Shown: positions 48,639 through 59,178, numbered from the stretch's first letter. The stretch is DNA of 64,000 nucleotides from Oligoflexia bacterium (GCA_043732305.1 JAYTHU010000031.1:23033-87032); one strand, 5' to 3'. The notes: a model not told the origin generated them from the sequence alone. A program made the numbers and translations.

Positions 48639-49832
48639 ATGCGTGGAACATACGTTTTAGAAAATCGAAAAGGTCAAGTGGTGCGAGCCCTCAACTGGGA
48701 ATCGGAAGAGGCATTTGTTATCCTCAGGCACGACACCCGCCGCATTGAAACGAGAAGTTCGATTAAAATTCTAAAAAGCAAAGGCATTGATTTCACAGTC
48801 CTTCACGAAACCACCAAGGAGAAAATTAAAAAAGCTCCACTGAAAATCTTAGACCAAGGCGTGATTAGATTTGTTCCCGAAGTTGAAAAATACGCTCTCT
48901 CCGTTGTCCCCCAAGCAGATGATGTTAAAGCATTCCCCCTCTATTTGAAATGGACGTTAGGTTCAGGAACCGCTGCTCTTATTTTGTTAATGATCATCGG
49001 ACACTTTTTGATTTCGAATGTGAAACCAGAAGAACCTCAAGTGGTGGTTATTGAAACCAGGCCCACCGAGAAAATTAAAATTGTCACCCCCCATATTAAA
49101 AAGTCCATATTCCAACCCACTGTCGCGCAAAAAACTCCTCCTAAAGTGAAACATTCAGCAATTGCTCAGCTTAAAAAAGTCACCAGAACTCCTCCTAAAC
49201 ATGCCGAAGTAAGTCTCAATAACGTCGGCGATTTAGCGGTTTTAGGCCAACTTCAAAAGAGCAATCAAAAAAGTGGAATCAAACTTAGCGCTACCAACAC
49301 TTCGCAAGGTGTAGGACTTGGCGGATTAGAGGGTTCCGGAGGAATGCAAACATCTCTCTACGCAAAAGGTTTGATTGCAGCTCCCCTCGGAACCGGTGCA
49401 CAAGCATCTGGCCAAGGCGGATACGGCAAACATGGCGCAGGCGGCGGTCAAGCAGGTTTTGGAAAAATGAGTTTAGTGGGATCATCCACTGCTTATTTCC
49501 AACCCGTGCAAAGTGATGCCGTGATCGAAGGCGGACTTGATTCCGCGCAAATCGCTGAAGTCATTCAACGCCACCTGGGACAAATCAGAAATTGTTACGA
49601 GCAAGGTTTGCAGAGTGCTCCTGGTTTAAATGGTCGCATTGCCATCAAATTTGCGATCAATGGGAGTGGCAAAGTCAGTGCCGCTGATGTCACAAGCTCA
49701 AGTTTACATTCCGAAAATATTGAAAGTTGTATTGTTTCTCACTTGAAGACATGGCCCTTCCCCAAGCCAAGAGGCGGCGTGATTGTCAAAGTGAATTATC
49801 CATTTGTGCTTAAAAGAATTAGCCAAGGTTAA
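48639..49832 (+). CDS. AgmX/PglI C-terminal (TonB-C-like) domain membrane protein
   Basis: Single TM, Pro/Lys-rich and Gly-rich linkers, QIRNCYE...CIV...WPFPKPRGG..VNYPF. Confidence 0.88.
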   Translation: MRGTYVLENRKGQVVRALNWESEEAFVILRHDTRRIETRSSIKILKSKGIDFTVLHETTKEKIKKAPLKILDQGVIRFVPEVEKYALSVVPQADDVKAFPLYLKWTLGSGTAALILLMIIGHFLISNVKPEEPQVVVIETRPTEKIKIVTPHIKKSIFQPTVAQKTPPKVKHSAIAQLKKVTRTPPKHAEVSLNNVGDLAVLGQLQKSNQKSGIKLSATNTSQGVGLGGLEGSGGMQTSLYAKGLIAAPLGTGAQASGQGGYGKHGAGGGQAGFGKMSLVGSSTAYFQPVQSDAVIEGGLDSAQIAEVIQRHLGQIRNCYEQGLQSAPGLNGRIAIKFAINGSGKVSAADVTSSSLHSENIESCIVSHLKTWPFPKPRGGVIVKVNYPFVLKRISQG

Positions 49833-49841
49833 GGTGAAAAT

Positions 49842-51374
49842 ATGAAAATAAAAAATGTTCGAACGAATTTAATTTACTCAAGCCTCACAGGACTTTCTCT
49901 TGTAGCCCTACTTTCCGGATGCGGAAGAGACAAAGCTGACGCGATGAAAGATTACAAAGGTCTGACACTAGTATCTGCTGAGCAAAAACAAAATAGCTCA
50001 GTCAATTACGGCGGAGTGAATGCGTTTAGAATCAGTTGCCTCAACTGTGAGCAAAAACATGATCTCGCGTATTTTTCAGACGACGAAGTCGGAGAGATAA
50101 AACTGAAAGTCGAATCCGTGAACAATCTTGGAATTTCGAAATTGAGAATGTCCTTAGGCACAGAAATTCCTGGAGCGACTCTCACCCCTTCAACGATCAA
50201 AGGTGATGTTGGAGTTTGGATATTCAAATGGAAACCAAATCATGTGCTCAATGGAAATGTTATTCCCCAAGCTTTTGATCTTATCCTTGAAGCTTACGGA
50301 CAGGCCACCGTGGGTGGTCAGCAAATGATCACGCCCGTGACGAAAGTGATTGCCATCTATGTCGGTCAATCAGGAACTCGCCCAAGCATTCAAGACAACA
50401 CTGTTCCCACCACCGCTAGCGAAGGCGAAACAATCCCCTTCACCATCACCGTTTTTGACGGATCATTGAGATCCAAAGGGACTGCCCCCACTTTAAATAT
50501 TCTGTCTTATCAAGGCGGAAAAAACAGTGAAAACCCCTGTTATAATTATAAGGAATACGCAGACATTGGACTCAATCCAGATTCCAAAATCCAAAATCCC
50601 GCACCCTTAAATGGAGCGTTTGTTTACAGTTACCTTATGATTTCTAAAGCTGGAGTCAAACTTCCCAAGAGAAACGACCTCTACTCCAGTAATGCAAATC
50701 TTTGCTTCAGCGCGACCACTTCAAGCAGCGTGACTCAGAACACTTCGATCGATGCGAAAAATTTCCGAATCGAAATGCTCTTTAAAGTCAGACCACCACT
50801 TTTAAAATGGAATGATATTCCTTCAAACTCTACCTCGATTGATTTGACTGCAGGAATTCCTCAGACCATTAAGTTTGAAGTGACCGACAAGGAAAAAATC
50901 GGAACTGTTTCCGCCGAGACCAATGCCACCCTGAAATGGCCCTCGGTCAATGGAGGAGCACCTGCTTTAAAATGTGAAGGATCGGAGAGCTTCCATCAAA
51001 TTTGCACTTTCACCTGGACTCCTAGCTGTAGTGTCTCAGAAGCTAAGCCATTGACTAAAAAGTTGATCGTCACAGTCTCCAACGTTTCAGGCGGACATAA
51101 AAAAAATGGTTCTGAAGACTACATCACTTTAAATGTAAATAAAAAAGATTTGGCTTGTGATCAAACTGTCAGTGCCACAGCAGTGCAAGCCGTCCCAATG
51201 CAAACAGCTCCAGAAGTTGCAGCAGCAGCCGACAGCGCCAGCGCTCCGGTGAGTGCATCAAAAGCTCAAACCAAGACAATTAAGAAACACAACTCTGGAT
51301 CTGGAAAAGGCCGAGCTAAGCAAGCCGCAGCCGCAGGTGCAAGCACCGATTCATCTGGAAAGTCAGGTAATTGA
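49842..51374 (+). CDS. Lipoprotein with beta-sandwich-like domains
   Basis: Lipobox LLSG-C; beta-rich with paired Cys; Ala/Ser-rich tail. Confidence 0.72.
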   Translation: MKIKNVRTNLIYSSLTGLSLVALLSGCGRDKADAMKDYKGLTLVSAEQKQNSSVNYGGVNAFRISCLNCEQKHDLAYFSDDEVGEIKLKVESVNNLGISKLRMSLGTEIPGATLTPSTIKGDVGVWIFKWKPNHVLNGNVIPQAFDLILEAYGQATVGGQQMITPVTKVIAIYVGQSGTRPSIQDNTVPTTASEGETIPFTITVFDGSLRSKGTAPTLNILSYQGGKNSENPCYNYKEYADIGLNPDSKIQNPAPLNGAFVYSYLMISKAGVKLPKRNDLYSSNANLCFSATTSSSVTQNTSIDAKNFRIEMLFKVRPPLLKWNDIPSNSTSIDLTAGIPQTIKFEVTDKEKIGTVSAETNATLKWPSVNGGAPALKCEGSESFHQICTFTWTPSCSVSEAKPLTKKLIVTVSNVSGGHKKNGSEDYITLNVNKKDLACDQTVSATAVQAVPMQTAPEVAAAADSASAPVSASKAQTKTIKKHNSGSGKGRAKQAAAAGASTDSSGKSGN

Positions 51375-51376
51375 TT

Positions 51377-52150
51377 ATGAAAAATCTTTATTTAATTCCG
51401 CTACTCGCATTGAGTTTAGCAAGCAGTGCAAACGCTACTGTCACAAACAACACCACGCAGAAAAAAGTGGTGATAAAAACAAGCGTTCCTGCCCAAGATA
51501 CAGTGTCAAGTGAGATTGACTCCCTCGGCGACGATCAAGCGGTAGTCCAAAGAGCTCGTGCACTCAGCCCAAACAACACAGTAGAAATCGTGCAAAAGCG
51601 TGCCGTCGATAGACACAATCGCCTCGAACTTGGTGTGGATTACGGAATGGTTGGTGGCGGAGATAGTTATGTGAACTCCCAAACTTTTGGTGGTCACATT
51701 GATTATCACATCACTCCACATTGGTCGGTCGGCGTGAGATACTTAAGTTATGTGAACACTCTGACCAATGAAGGACAGAACGTTTTCAATAATGCTGCTC
51801 AACTTCATGCCGCAGGCAATGACGGATTACAAAAAGTTTCCCCCGTCGATAGTCCCATTCAAACAGGTTTGATTGTTGCTGACTGGTATCCAGTTTACGG
51901 AAAAATGAATATTGCGAATTGGATTCTGCACTTTGACATCTACACATTGGTTGGTTATGGCCGAACAGAAACACTCAACAATGGTTTCTCCCCTACCTAC
52001 ACTGGTGGAGCAGGAATTGGATTTTGGTTGACCAACAGTCTCGCCCTTCGCCTTGAAGGTCGTTACCAGGGATATCAAGACAAACCGCTAACAGATGTTC
52101 GCCAAGAAAACACTTTTATTGGTCAAGCATCTTTGGGAATTTTGTTATGA
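51377..52150 (+). CDS. Outer-membrane beta-barrel (GltA/B/H-like)
   Basis: IVQKR..R..R.E, WYPVYGKM, HFDIY, GAGIGFWL. Confidence 0.82.
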   Translation: MKNLYLIPLLALSLASSANATVTNNTTQKKVVIKTSVPAQDTVSSEIDSLGDDQAVVQRARALSPNNTVEIVQKRAVDRHNRLELGVDYGMVGGGDSYVNSQTFGGHIDYHITPHWSVGVRYLSYVNTLTNEGQNVFNNAAQLHAAGNDGLQKVSPVDSPIQTGLIVADWYPVYGKMNIANWILHFDIYTLVGYGRTETLNNGFSPTYTGGAGIGFWLTNSLALRLEGRYQGYQDKPLTDVRQENTFIGQASLGILL

Positions 52151-53136
52151 AATTATTTATGAGCGTCTTTCTAAGCTTGGGCATTTTAAGTTCGTTTGCA
52201 ACCGCAAGGGCTTCACAGGTTTTGACAAGCGCTCAAAGCCAGTGGAAAAAGGCTTTGTCTCTTGGTTTGCAGGATAAAAACATTCAAGCGTCCGATGTTT
52301 TGCGCGGTCTTTTAATGTCATCACAAAAAGAAATCGGCCAGGATGAAATCCTCATGGCGTTAGCCAGAGTCAAATACCAAGGTGGAAATTTATCCGATGC
52401 TATTGAGCTTTACGGGCAGATTTCATCAAAATCAGATTTCTGGTTACAGTCTTTAGAAGAGAAAGCTTGGGCTTATCTCAAACAAAACAAATTTGAAAAA
52501 GCGCTTTCGCTTTATCACACTTTATCTGCACCTGCTTTCTCAGCTCAAGTCGGTCCAGAAGCCTATTTGATTGGCGCTTACTCCAGTCTTAGAATTTGTG
52601 ATTACAAATCAGTTTTTGAGATCTTTACTAGTTACAAAGCAAAGTATAAAGATCTGGCACCGGAACTTCAGAAATTAAGTAAAAATCCATCCTCACCTGC
52701 TGTCGAGCGTGCTCTGCAGGTCATTGCACTGAGTTCAAAGAAAGATAAGAAACTCAATTGGGCTGATCTTGGTTCAGATGTCACGCGTCTTCCCCAATTT
52801 ATCAATCGTGACAAAGAAATTTCTGAAGATATGAAAGCTGGAAATAAATATCAGGCTCTCAATCGTGTGATGACCCTGGTTTCAAACGATCTGAAAGATA
52901 TTTCTCAAATCACTCGTAAACTTCACATCGTTGAAATTGAAGCCATTCAACGCATGAGTTTGAAAGATCACAAAGAAGCGGTCACCACCCACGTGAGCGA
53001 ACAACAAACAAACAACGACATTTCATTTCCTAAAGAAGAAGAAACATGGCTAGACGAAGTCACCCATTATCAAGTGCGCGCTGAGGGATGCAAACCGTCC
53101 CCTCAGGTTGTAGGCGTAAAAGTAGGTATCAAATGA
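52147..53136 (+). CDS. TPR protein (GltC-like)
   Basis: Signal peptide; ALARVKYQ, WLQSLEEKAWAY, LRICDY, terminal E.W.DE...Y..R...C motif. Confidence 0.75.
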   Translation: MKLFMSVFLSLGILSSFATARASQVLTSAQSQWKKALSLGLQDKNIQASDVLRGLLMSSQKEIGQDEILMALARVKYQGGNLSDAIELYGQISSKSDFWLQSLEEKAWAYLKQNKFEKALSLYHTLSAPAFSAQVGPEAYLIGAYSSLRICDYKSVFEIFTSYKAKYKDLAPELQKLSKNPSSPAVERALQVIALSSKKDKKLNWADLGSDVTRLPQFINRDKEISEDMKAGNKYQALNRVMTLVSNDLKDISQITRKLHIVEIEAIQRMSLKDHKEAVTTHVSEQQTNNDISFPKEEETWLDEVTHYQVRAEGCKPSPQVVGVKVGIK

Positions 53137-54326
53137 AAAGAATAGTGTTTGCGATCATAGCTCTGAGTTTCATTCTGATTTTCAACGGTTGTCGAAACTC
53201 TTCACCCAAAGTACAAACTCCGGTGGCTCTAGAAAACGCCATGGATTTACCAGCGGACATGGTGGAACAAGACACAACTCCTAAAGTTGATATTCTTTTT
53301 GTCATCGACTACTCCACCAGCATGTTCAACCACCAGGTGAATTTGGCTAAGAACATCAATCAGTTTGTGAAGTCATTTGAAAACAACAAGACCATTGATT
53401 TTCACATGGGTATGCTTCCCATCTACGACACTTGGCATTTCGGAAATTTAGAAACCAATCCCAATCGTCACACGATGGTGGCTCCATATCCCCTCGGCGA
53501 ACTTTTAAAATTAAAAGATCCTACTCAGCCACTTTGCGATTTCAAAAACGATCCCGCGTGTAAAGTTCCACCTGTGATGGACGGACCGCGCTTTGTAACG
53601 AGAGACACTCCTGATTACCTGGGAGTTTTGGAGCGCACTATTCTCATGGGCGAACAATTAGGGCCTGCCTATGAAGAAATGTTTTCCCCTATCATGCCCG
53701 CATTGACTCAGCCTGATTTGGTGAGTGGAGTGAACGGCGGATTTTATCGCGCGGACGCAAATCTTATAATCGTTTTCATCACTGATGGTGACGATGGAAC
53801 AGACCGATTGTCAGCTGGTGAATTAGCTCAAAGTTTGTTTGCTCTCAAAGGTGGCGATACAAATAAAGTTTCGGTGGTTGGTGTTTTATCTCCCACCAAA
53901 GAAACGGGTTGTGCCAAAGACGCCGGTGCGCCAGGCGGACCAGTTAAGATCGAAGAACTTCTCAGACTCACACACTCTGAAAAGTTCGAGCTCAGCCTTT
54001 GTTCTCCAAACTTCGGAGACAAGCTTGCACAAATTGGATCTGATCTTTCTGTCAAAGTAGAAAGGCAATCGATTGAGCCTAAAAAGATTCCTGATTTTGG
54101 CCCCGGAAAAACTCTCACTGTTTATTTTGGAACTCAACTTCTGAATCCGGCAACTTCGTCTGATCCTGATTCCGGTTGGAGCTATGATCCCAACCCTACT
54201 GGATGGCCTCGCGTGAGCATTGGTTCTAAAACAGCTTTGAAACCTGAAGCTGGTGCGAAGTTCAAAATTCAGTTCACACCTATCTCCGCTTCCAATATGG
54301 TGAATGGCCGAGTGACTACAGAATAA
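53133..54326 (+). CDS. vWA-domain lipoprotein
   Basis: Lipobox FNG-C; MIDAS DILFVIDYSTSM and IVFITDGDD. Confidence 0.8.
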   Translation: MKRIVFAIIALSFILIFNGCRNSSPKVQTPVALENAMDLPADMVEQDTTPKVDILFVIDYSTSMFNHQVNLAKNINQFVKSFENNKTIDFHMGMLPIYDTWHFGNLETNPNRHTMVAPYPLGELLKLKDPTQPLCDFKNDPACKVPPVMDGPRFVTRDTPDYLGVLERTILMGEQLGPAYEEMFSPIMPALTQPDLVSGVNGGFYRADANLIIVFITDGDDGTDRLSAGELAQSLFALKGGDTNKVSVVGVLSPTKETGCAKDAGAPGGPVKIEELLRLTHSEKFELSLCSPNFGDKLAQIGSDLSVKVERQSIEPKKIPDFGPGKTLTVYFGTQLLNPATSSDPDSGWSYDPNPTGWPRVSIGSKTALKPEAGAKFKIQFTPISASNMVNGRVTTE

Positions 54327-54403
54327 TTTTTCATGCTCGCGCTTAAGAGCGTGAAGTAAGTCCCTAGTATCTCTCACCAAAACCGTTCCAAAGGCCAGAA
54401 ACC

Positions 54404-54419
54404 TGGAACGGTTCTTGCT
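54404..54419 (+). promoter_or_regulatory. sigma54 promoter for the exported AAA ATPase; overlaps one arm of a 10-bp inverted repeat
   Basis: TGGAACGGTTCTTGCT = GG-N10-GC; AACCGTTCCA (54381-54390) pairs with TGGAACGGTT. Confidence 0.65.
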
Positions 54420-54446
54420 ATACATAAAACTAAATGGGGGGAATTC

Positions 54447-55607
54447 ATGGGGATGATGTTTTTAGATAAAATTTTACCGGTATCACTAATCTTTTTATTT
54501 TCTGTCACGGGCATTTCGGCTCAACAAACCACCGCCAAATACGATCCTTCCGTAACCCATGATTCAATCGACGCTGAATTTCACAAAGTGGGAAGCGGAA
54601 TTCTTATTGCCAATCAAGGCTGTCCAATAACACTCGCAAAGCTTTCAATCTTGGAAGGCGCAACAACTTCTAACGACGTCATGATTTATGACGTCGAACC
54701 TCTGAAGGCACTCCTCGCATCAGAAACTCTGAAAGACAAACCAGAACTAAAAGCTTTTTATGAAAAAATGGTCAAGCGTGGCGGACACAGAACTCTCTTC
54801 AGTGCACCTTCCTTGGCTGCTCTAGACAATCTCAGGACCCATTCGCCAAATCATGCGTCTGTCATTGACGATTTGAAAAAAATGGCGAGCCTCGCACATC
54901 AAGGGAGTGAGTCTTTGCAATTCACTCCGCTACTCTTATTGGGCGAACCAGGAGTTGGAAAAACTCACTTTGCTAAAGAGCTTGCAAAAGTGATCGGCAC
55001 TCCCTTCGAATTTATTGGCATGGGATCCTTGACTGCGGGATGGGTAATCTCCGGAGCGTCCTCTCAGTGGAAGGGCGCACGTGCTGGGAAAGTGGTTTCA
55101 GCATTGATTAACGGCAAATCTGCAAACCCACTTATTATGGTCGATGAAATAGATAAGGCCGGCAGCAATCAAACCTATGACCCTCTTGGCTCACTCTATA
55201 GTCTACTTGAATCAGAGACTGCAGAGCACTTTCAGGATGAATTTGCCGAGGTAGAGATGGATGCGAGTCGAGTGCTCTGGATTGCGACCGCCAACGACGC
55301 CAACGGTATTCCGGCTCCAATTTTAAATAGAATGGATGTCCATGAAATAAGAAAACCATCTCGATCTGAAACTCGAGAAATCGCCTACGGTATTTATCTC
55401 GATTATTTAGATGCTCACCCCGGGTGGAAATTTTCTCCAACACCATCAGATGATGTTCTGGATAAGCTCTCCGGTGCATCTCCGCGGGACCTCAAGCAAA
55501 TGATACTTAAAGCTTTTGGTGAAGCGAGCCTTGCCAAAAGAGAAGCTATCACCACCGATGACATTGATTTAAAATCCAATGGTGGAAAGCCTAGTATTGG
55601 GTTTTAG
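54447..55607 (+). CDS. Signal-peptide-bearing Lon-like AAA+ ATPase without a protease domain
   Basis: ILPVSLIFLFSVTGISA signal; GEPGVGKT, NPLIMVDEIDKA, DPLGSLYSLLE, FQDEF, WIATAN, PILNRM. Confidence 0.85.
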   Translation: MGMMFLDKILPVSLIFLFSVTGISAQQTTAKYDPSVTHDSIDAEFHKVGSGILIANQGCPITLAKLSILEGATTSNDVMIYDVEPLKALLASETLKDKPELKAFYEKMVKRGGHRTLFSAPSLAALDNLRTHSPNHASVIDDLKKMASLAHQGSESLQFTPLLLLGEPGVGKTHFAKELAKVIGTPFEFIGMGSLTAGWVISGASSQWKGARAGKVVSALINGKSANPLIMVDEIDKAGSNQTYDPLGSLYSLLESETAEHFQDEFAEVEMDASRVLWIATANDANGIPAPILNRMDVHEIRKPSRSETREIAYGIYLDYLDAHPGWKFSPTPSDDVLDKLSGASPRDLKQMILKAFGEASLAKREAITTDDIDLKSNGGKPSIGF

Positions 55608-55649
55608 CCAATTGACGTCTCTTGCAGAAATGGTTGAACGATTAAAGTT

Positions 55650-56981
55650 TTAAGCTTTGAGATAATTTCTGAGCAAAGGTCCGGCATCGACCTTTGCTTT
55701 TAAAACACCGCAGAAAATAAAAACTCCAGCTACTTTGCGGTTCAGGAAGATAAACTCTCTGGGTGGCGTGCGAAGAGGAAATTTTCTAGACAGCATCATT
55801 CCTTGAGCCGTCAGTCGTTGCGGAAGATCAGTGTTCTTCCAGTCGTATAGTCCCTTGAAGGGTTCGACCGTGGTCTGGCAAAAACTCTCGAAGGCTTCAA
55901 GCATCTCTTCAGAATCCCCAGGCCTAATCAAATTTAGATCCAAGAGAGCAGAACTCAATCGAGGTTTATCCGCCAACACAGAGGCCTTGAGGAGTTCACG
56001 GTATTTTTTCAAAAAGATATCAGAATAGTTTTTCAAAGCTCCAAAATCGAGCAGCACTAGCTGATCAACCTCATTGGAGTTTATTCGAATTTTATAATTT
56101 CCCAGGTGCGGATCTGTTTGGACGGATCCCCACTCGAAAACCTCCTTGAAATATAAATCTAAGAAATTTAAAGCAAGAACGTTTCTCCGTTCAGATGAAA
56201 GAGCCACAACAGAAAGATCATCGGGAGACACGCCAGACTCAAAACTGCTCGCAATGATTTTCTGACTACAAAATTCTGGAATAACTTCTGGAACTATGAA
56301 ACGTGAATCTCCAGCAAGTCTCATTCTATATTTTGCAGTCTCTTGGGCTTCTCGAAGGTAATCCATTTCTGCAATTAATGTTTCTCGAACCTCAGAGAAC
56401 AGATCGTCCGTGTTTAATTCCCGTGGTAAGAGTTTGAGAAGTTTAAGAAATGATTGCAGCGCACGTAAATCTGAGTCAATCGCTTTTTCTAAATCGGGAT
56501 ATTGAATTTTTAAAACGATCTCTCTGCCTGTAGCTTTGATGACTGCTCGATGCACCTGCCCCAATGATGCCGAACCCAACGGCACTTTACTGATAATGAG
56601 TTCAGCTAATTGTGCCTCTGAAAACTGCGATTTTACTATCTCTTCAATGACGGACCACTTAACCGAAGGTGAATGAGCCTGAAGTGATTTTAGGATATCA
56701 TTCACTTCAGGTGGCAGGAAATGTTCTCCATACATTGAAAGCATTTGGCCAGCTTTCATGAGACTACCTTTGAGTTCCCCTAAATCAGACGAAAGTTTTC
56801 CCGCTCGATCCATAAGAAATTTCTGCCATTTAGAATCTTTGACGGTTTTGCTTGAGAGAAGTGTCGCAGCTCCATAGCTTGTGAGCTTGGCACCCGTTGA
56901 AAGAGTGAATTTTGCGAGCTTCAAACTACGTCCAAAAACAGAGGTAGTTATTTTTTTTAATTCTGGAATAGGCTTCTTCAT
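55650..56981 (-). CDS. ABC1/AarF/UbiB-family kinase
   Basis: LKGSLMKAGQMLS, SASLGQVH, LKIQYP, QTDPHLGN, LLDFGA. Confidence 0.92.
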   Translation of the reverse strand: MKKPIPELKKITTSVFGRSLKLAKFTLSTGAKLTSYGAATLLSSKTVKDSKWQKFLMDRAGKLSSDLGELKGSLMKAGQMLSMYGEHFLPPEVNDILKSLQAHSPSVKWSVIEEIVKSQFSEAQLAELIISKVPLGSASLGQVHRAVIKATGREIVLKIQYPDLEKAIDSDLRALQSFLKLLKLLPRELNTDDLFSEVRETLIAEMDYLREAQETAKYRMRLAGDSRFIVPEVIPEFCSQKIIASSFESGVSPDDLSVVALSSERRNVLALNFLDLYFKEVFEWGSVQTDPHLGNYKIRINSNEVDQLVLLDFGALKNYSDIFLKKYRELLKASVLADKPRLSSALLDLNLIRPGDSEEMLEAFESFCQTTVEPFKGLYDWKNTDLPQRLTAQGMMLSRKFPLRTPPREFIFLNRKVAGVFIFCGVLKAKVDAGPLLRNYLKA

Positions 56982-57033
56982 GGGTCACTTTACACTAGAC
57001 AGTCCCAATTTCGTCTGAAAAGATTGCCCTCTA

Positions 57034-57765
57034 GTGGGTCGGGGGATTTGGCTTTTTCTGGTTGCAATATTTTTGGTCACTTCGCAAATTTCATTTGCCG
57101 ATGACCTTCTCCCCTGGCAAAAAATCGTCCTGACTGAATACACCCATATCTACACGCCGGACTTAGTGAACGTGAATATCGATTGGTCTAATCCCTCCGT
57201 GGTGGCATTTGCCAGTCTGCTCAGCACTGGAGCACCCGATAACTTTGTGAGGACAGTCACTCTCGATGGCGGTCTCATGCGAAGCTCCCACCTGACAGGA
57301 GATGCCTTGCGGATGACTCTTTGTCATGAAACAGGTCACCTGGCTGGTTTAGCCCCGCGCAAAAACGTACCGCTCGATGGGGATGGCCCAGTCGGACCCG
57401 ATGGCCGAAGTTATTTCTCGAGTGAAGGCCAAGCGGATTATTATGCGACCACAGTTTGCTTTAGAAAAATCACGCAAGAGCAAAATCACCCAGCATTTAT
57501 AGACTCTTATAAAGTCACTCCCCGTCTTGCTCGGCTTTGCAAGGGTGACACACTCTGCTTAAGATCTGCCCTCGCGGGCAAAGCGTTTTTAGAAATTGCC
57601 GCAAAATCTGGAATATCTTTTGAGGCTCCTGACCAGACTCAAGTTTCCGAAACCATCCTCGACTCTTACCCTGACCGCCAGTGCCGTTTAGACACGCTTG
57701 TTGCGGGGAGCTTGAACCCTCCGGCAGCACGTCCCTCCTGCTGGTATTTCAATTCGGGCAATTAA
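57034..57765 (+). CDS. Secreted zinc metallopeptidase-like protein
   Basis: Signal peptide; LCHETGHL, SEGQADYYAT, YP..QCRLDT, RPSCWY. Confidence 0.75.
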   Translation: MGRGIWLFLVAIFLVTSQISFADDLLPWQKIVLTEYTHIYTPDLVNVNIDWSNPSVVAFASLLSTGAPDNFVRTVTLDGGLMRSSHLTGDALRMTLCHETGHLAGLAPRKNVPLDGDGPVGPDGRSYFSSEGQADYYATTVCFRKITQEQNHPAFIDSYKVTPRLARLCKGDTLCLRSALAGKAFLEIAAKSGISFEAPDQTQVSETILDSYPDRQCRLDTLVAGSLNPPAARPSCWYFNSGN

Positions 57766-57830
57766 TTTAAAGGTGAGATTTTTAACAATTGTATAGATAC
57801 CGTTCCTGATCATCGGTTACTCCTAAGACC

Positions 57831-58910
57831 GTGAAAATCTTTGAGCACCAATCAGATATAAAAGTCGCTTCAACCATCCCCAGTGAATGGTACACCAGCG
57901 ATGCGTTTTTTAGACAAGAGATGCATTCGATTTTTAATCGCGGCTGGAATCTCGTCGGCTCAATGGATTCGCTCAAAACAAAAGGCGATTATTTTACTGC
58001 CCAAGCCGGATCTGAAAACTTTCTGATTGTAAAATTTGGAGATGGATCACACGACATAAAAGGTTTAGTCAATGTTTGTAGACACCGTGCAGGACCAGTG
58101 GCTGTAGGTTGTGGCAATAGTAAAGTGCTTCAGTGCAAGTATCACGGCTGGATTTACGACCTGAACGGAAACCTTATAGGCACACCGGAATTTCAGGGAG
58201 TAGAAAATTTCGAAAAGCAAGATCATCCACTGCCCGAAGTAAAACTAGGATTTAAAGGACCTTTTATTTTCGCTTCTTTAAATCCATTGATTTCTTTCGA
58301 AGAATTCTGCGGAGAGATCAAGACTGATGATTGCAAGCAATCGGATGATGTTTTTTCAACGAAGCTCGTTCCATTTTTAAAACGTGATTATGAAGTCGCA
58401 TGCAATTGGAAAGTCTACGTCGATAATTATCTGGAAGGTTATCATTTGCCCTTGGTGCACAAAGGCCTTTCAGCAGAATTAGACTATTCACAATATCGAA
58501 CGGAAACGTCCACTTGGTTTTCCGAACAATTTGCACCCGCAAAAAATTCTGCAAGTTATTACCGTACTGACCTAGGAGACACCGCTCGTTATTACTGGCT
58601 TTTCCCAAGCACCATGGTCAACGCCTACCAAAATATTGTACAAACAAATGTTGTTTTACCAATTTCAAAGAATAAAACCATAGTCAAATTTATCTGGTAT
58701 GAAAAACCTGATTCTGGCGATGAAACTCGAGTAGCAGAAATGATTAAATTTTCAGATGTGATTCAGGAAGAAGATCGATTGATTTGCGAGCAGGTCCAGA
58801 AAAATTTAAATTCGGTCACATATGAATCAGGCCGCTACTCTGTCAAAAGAGAAAACGGCCTTCATCATTTTCACAGTTTGTTGTCTAAACTCAATTCCCT
58901 GAAGAAGTAG
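57831..58910 (+). CDS. Rieske non-heme iron oxygenase alpha subunit (choline monooxygenase-like)
   Basis: CRH...CKYHGW, NWKVYVDNYLEGYHLPLVH, EDRLICEQVQ. Confidence 0.9.
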   Translation: MKIFEHQSDIKVASTIPSEWYTSDAFFRQEMHSIFNRGWNLVGSMDSLKTKGDYFTAQAGSENFLIVKFGDGSHDIKGLVNVCRHRAGPVAVGCGNSKVLQCKYHGWIYDLNGNLIGTPEFQGVENFEKQDHPLPEVKLGFKGPFIFASLNPLISFEEFCGEIKTDDCKQSDDVFSTKLVPFLKRDYEVACNWKVYVDNYLEGYHLPLVHKGLSAELDYSQYRTETSTWFSEQFAPAKNSASYYRTDLGDTARYYWLFPSTMVNAYQNIVQTNVVLPISKNKTIVKFIWYEKPDSGDETRVAEMIKFSDVIQEEDRLICEQVQKNLNSVTYESGRYSVKRENGLHHFHSLLSKLNSLKK

Positions 58911-59178
58911 TATCTGAATCACCTTGGGCTGTTCCACGACCATTTGTTCCATTGGAATCAGTGGTGTGAGTTCCATGTCTTCCCATTTTAGAAGATTTCA
59001 TTCTATCCGTGCCTGGACTCATATCAGAACCAGGTGTAGTAATAGCACCATTGGTTGTGGAGCCAGAGGGGTTGGCAGTTGTCATTCCGGTAGGATCCGT
59101 GGCTAGTGCCAAAGCACTAAAGCCAGTGACTGTCAAAACGACTATTCCTGCGAATAATTTCTTTCCTTGGACTTTCAT
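58891..59178 (-). CDS. Small secreted low-complexity (Thr/Gly/Ser) protein
   Basis: Signal peptide ...FSALALA; AAGGAG RBS; sigma54 motif upstream. Confidence 0.7.
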   Translation of the reverse strand: MKVQGKKLFAGIVVLTVTGFSALALATDPTGMTTANPSGSTTNGAITTPGSDMSPGTDRMKSSKMGRHGTHTTDSNGTNGRGTAQGDSDTTSSGN

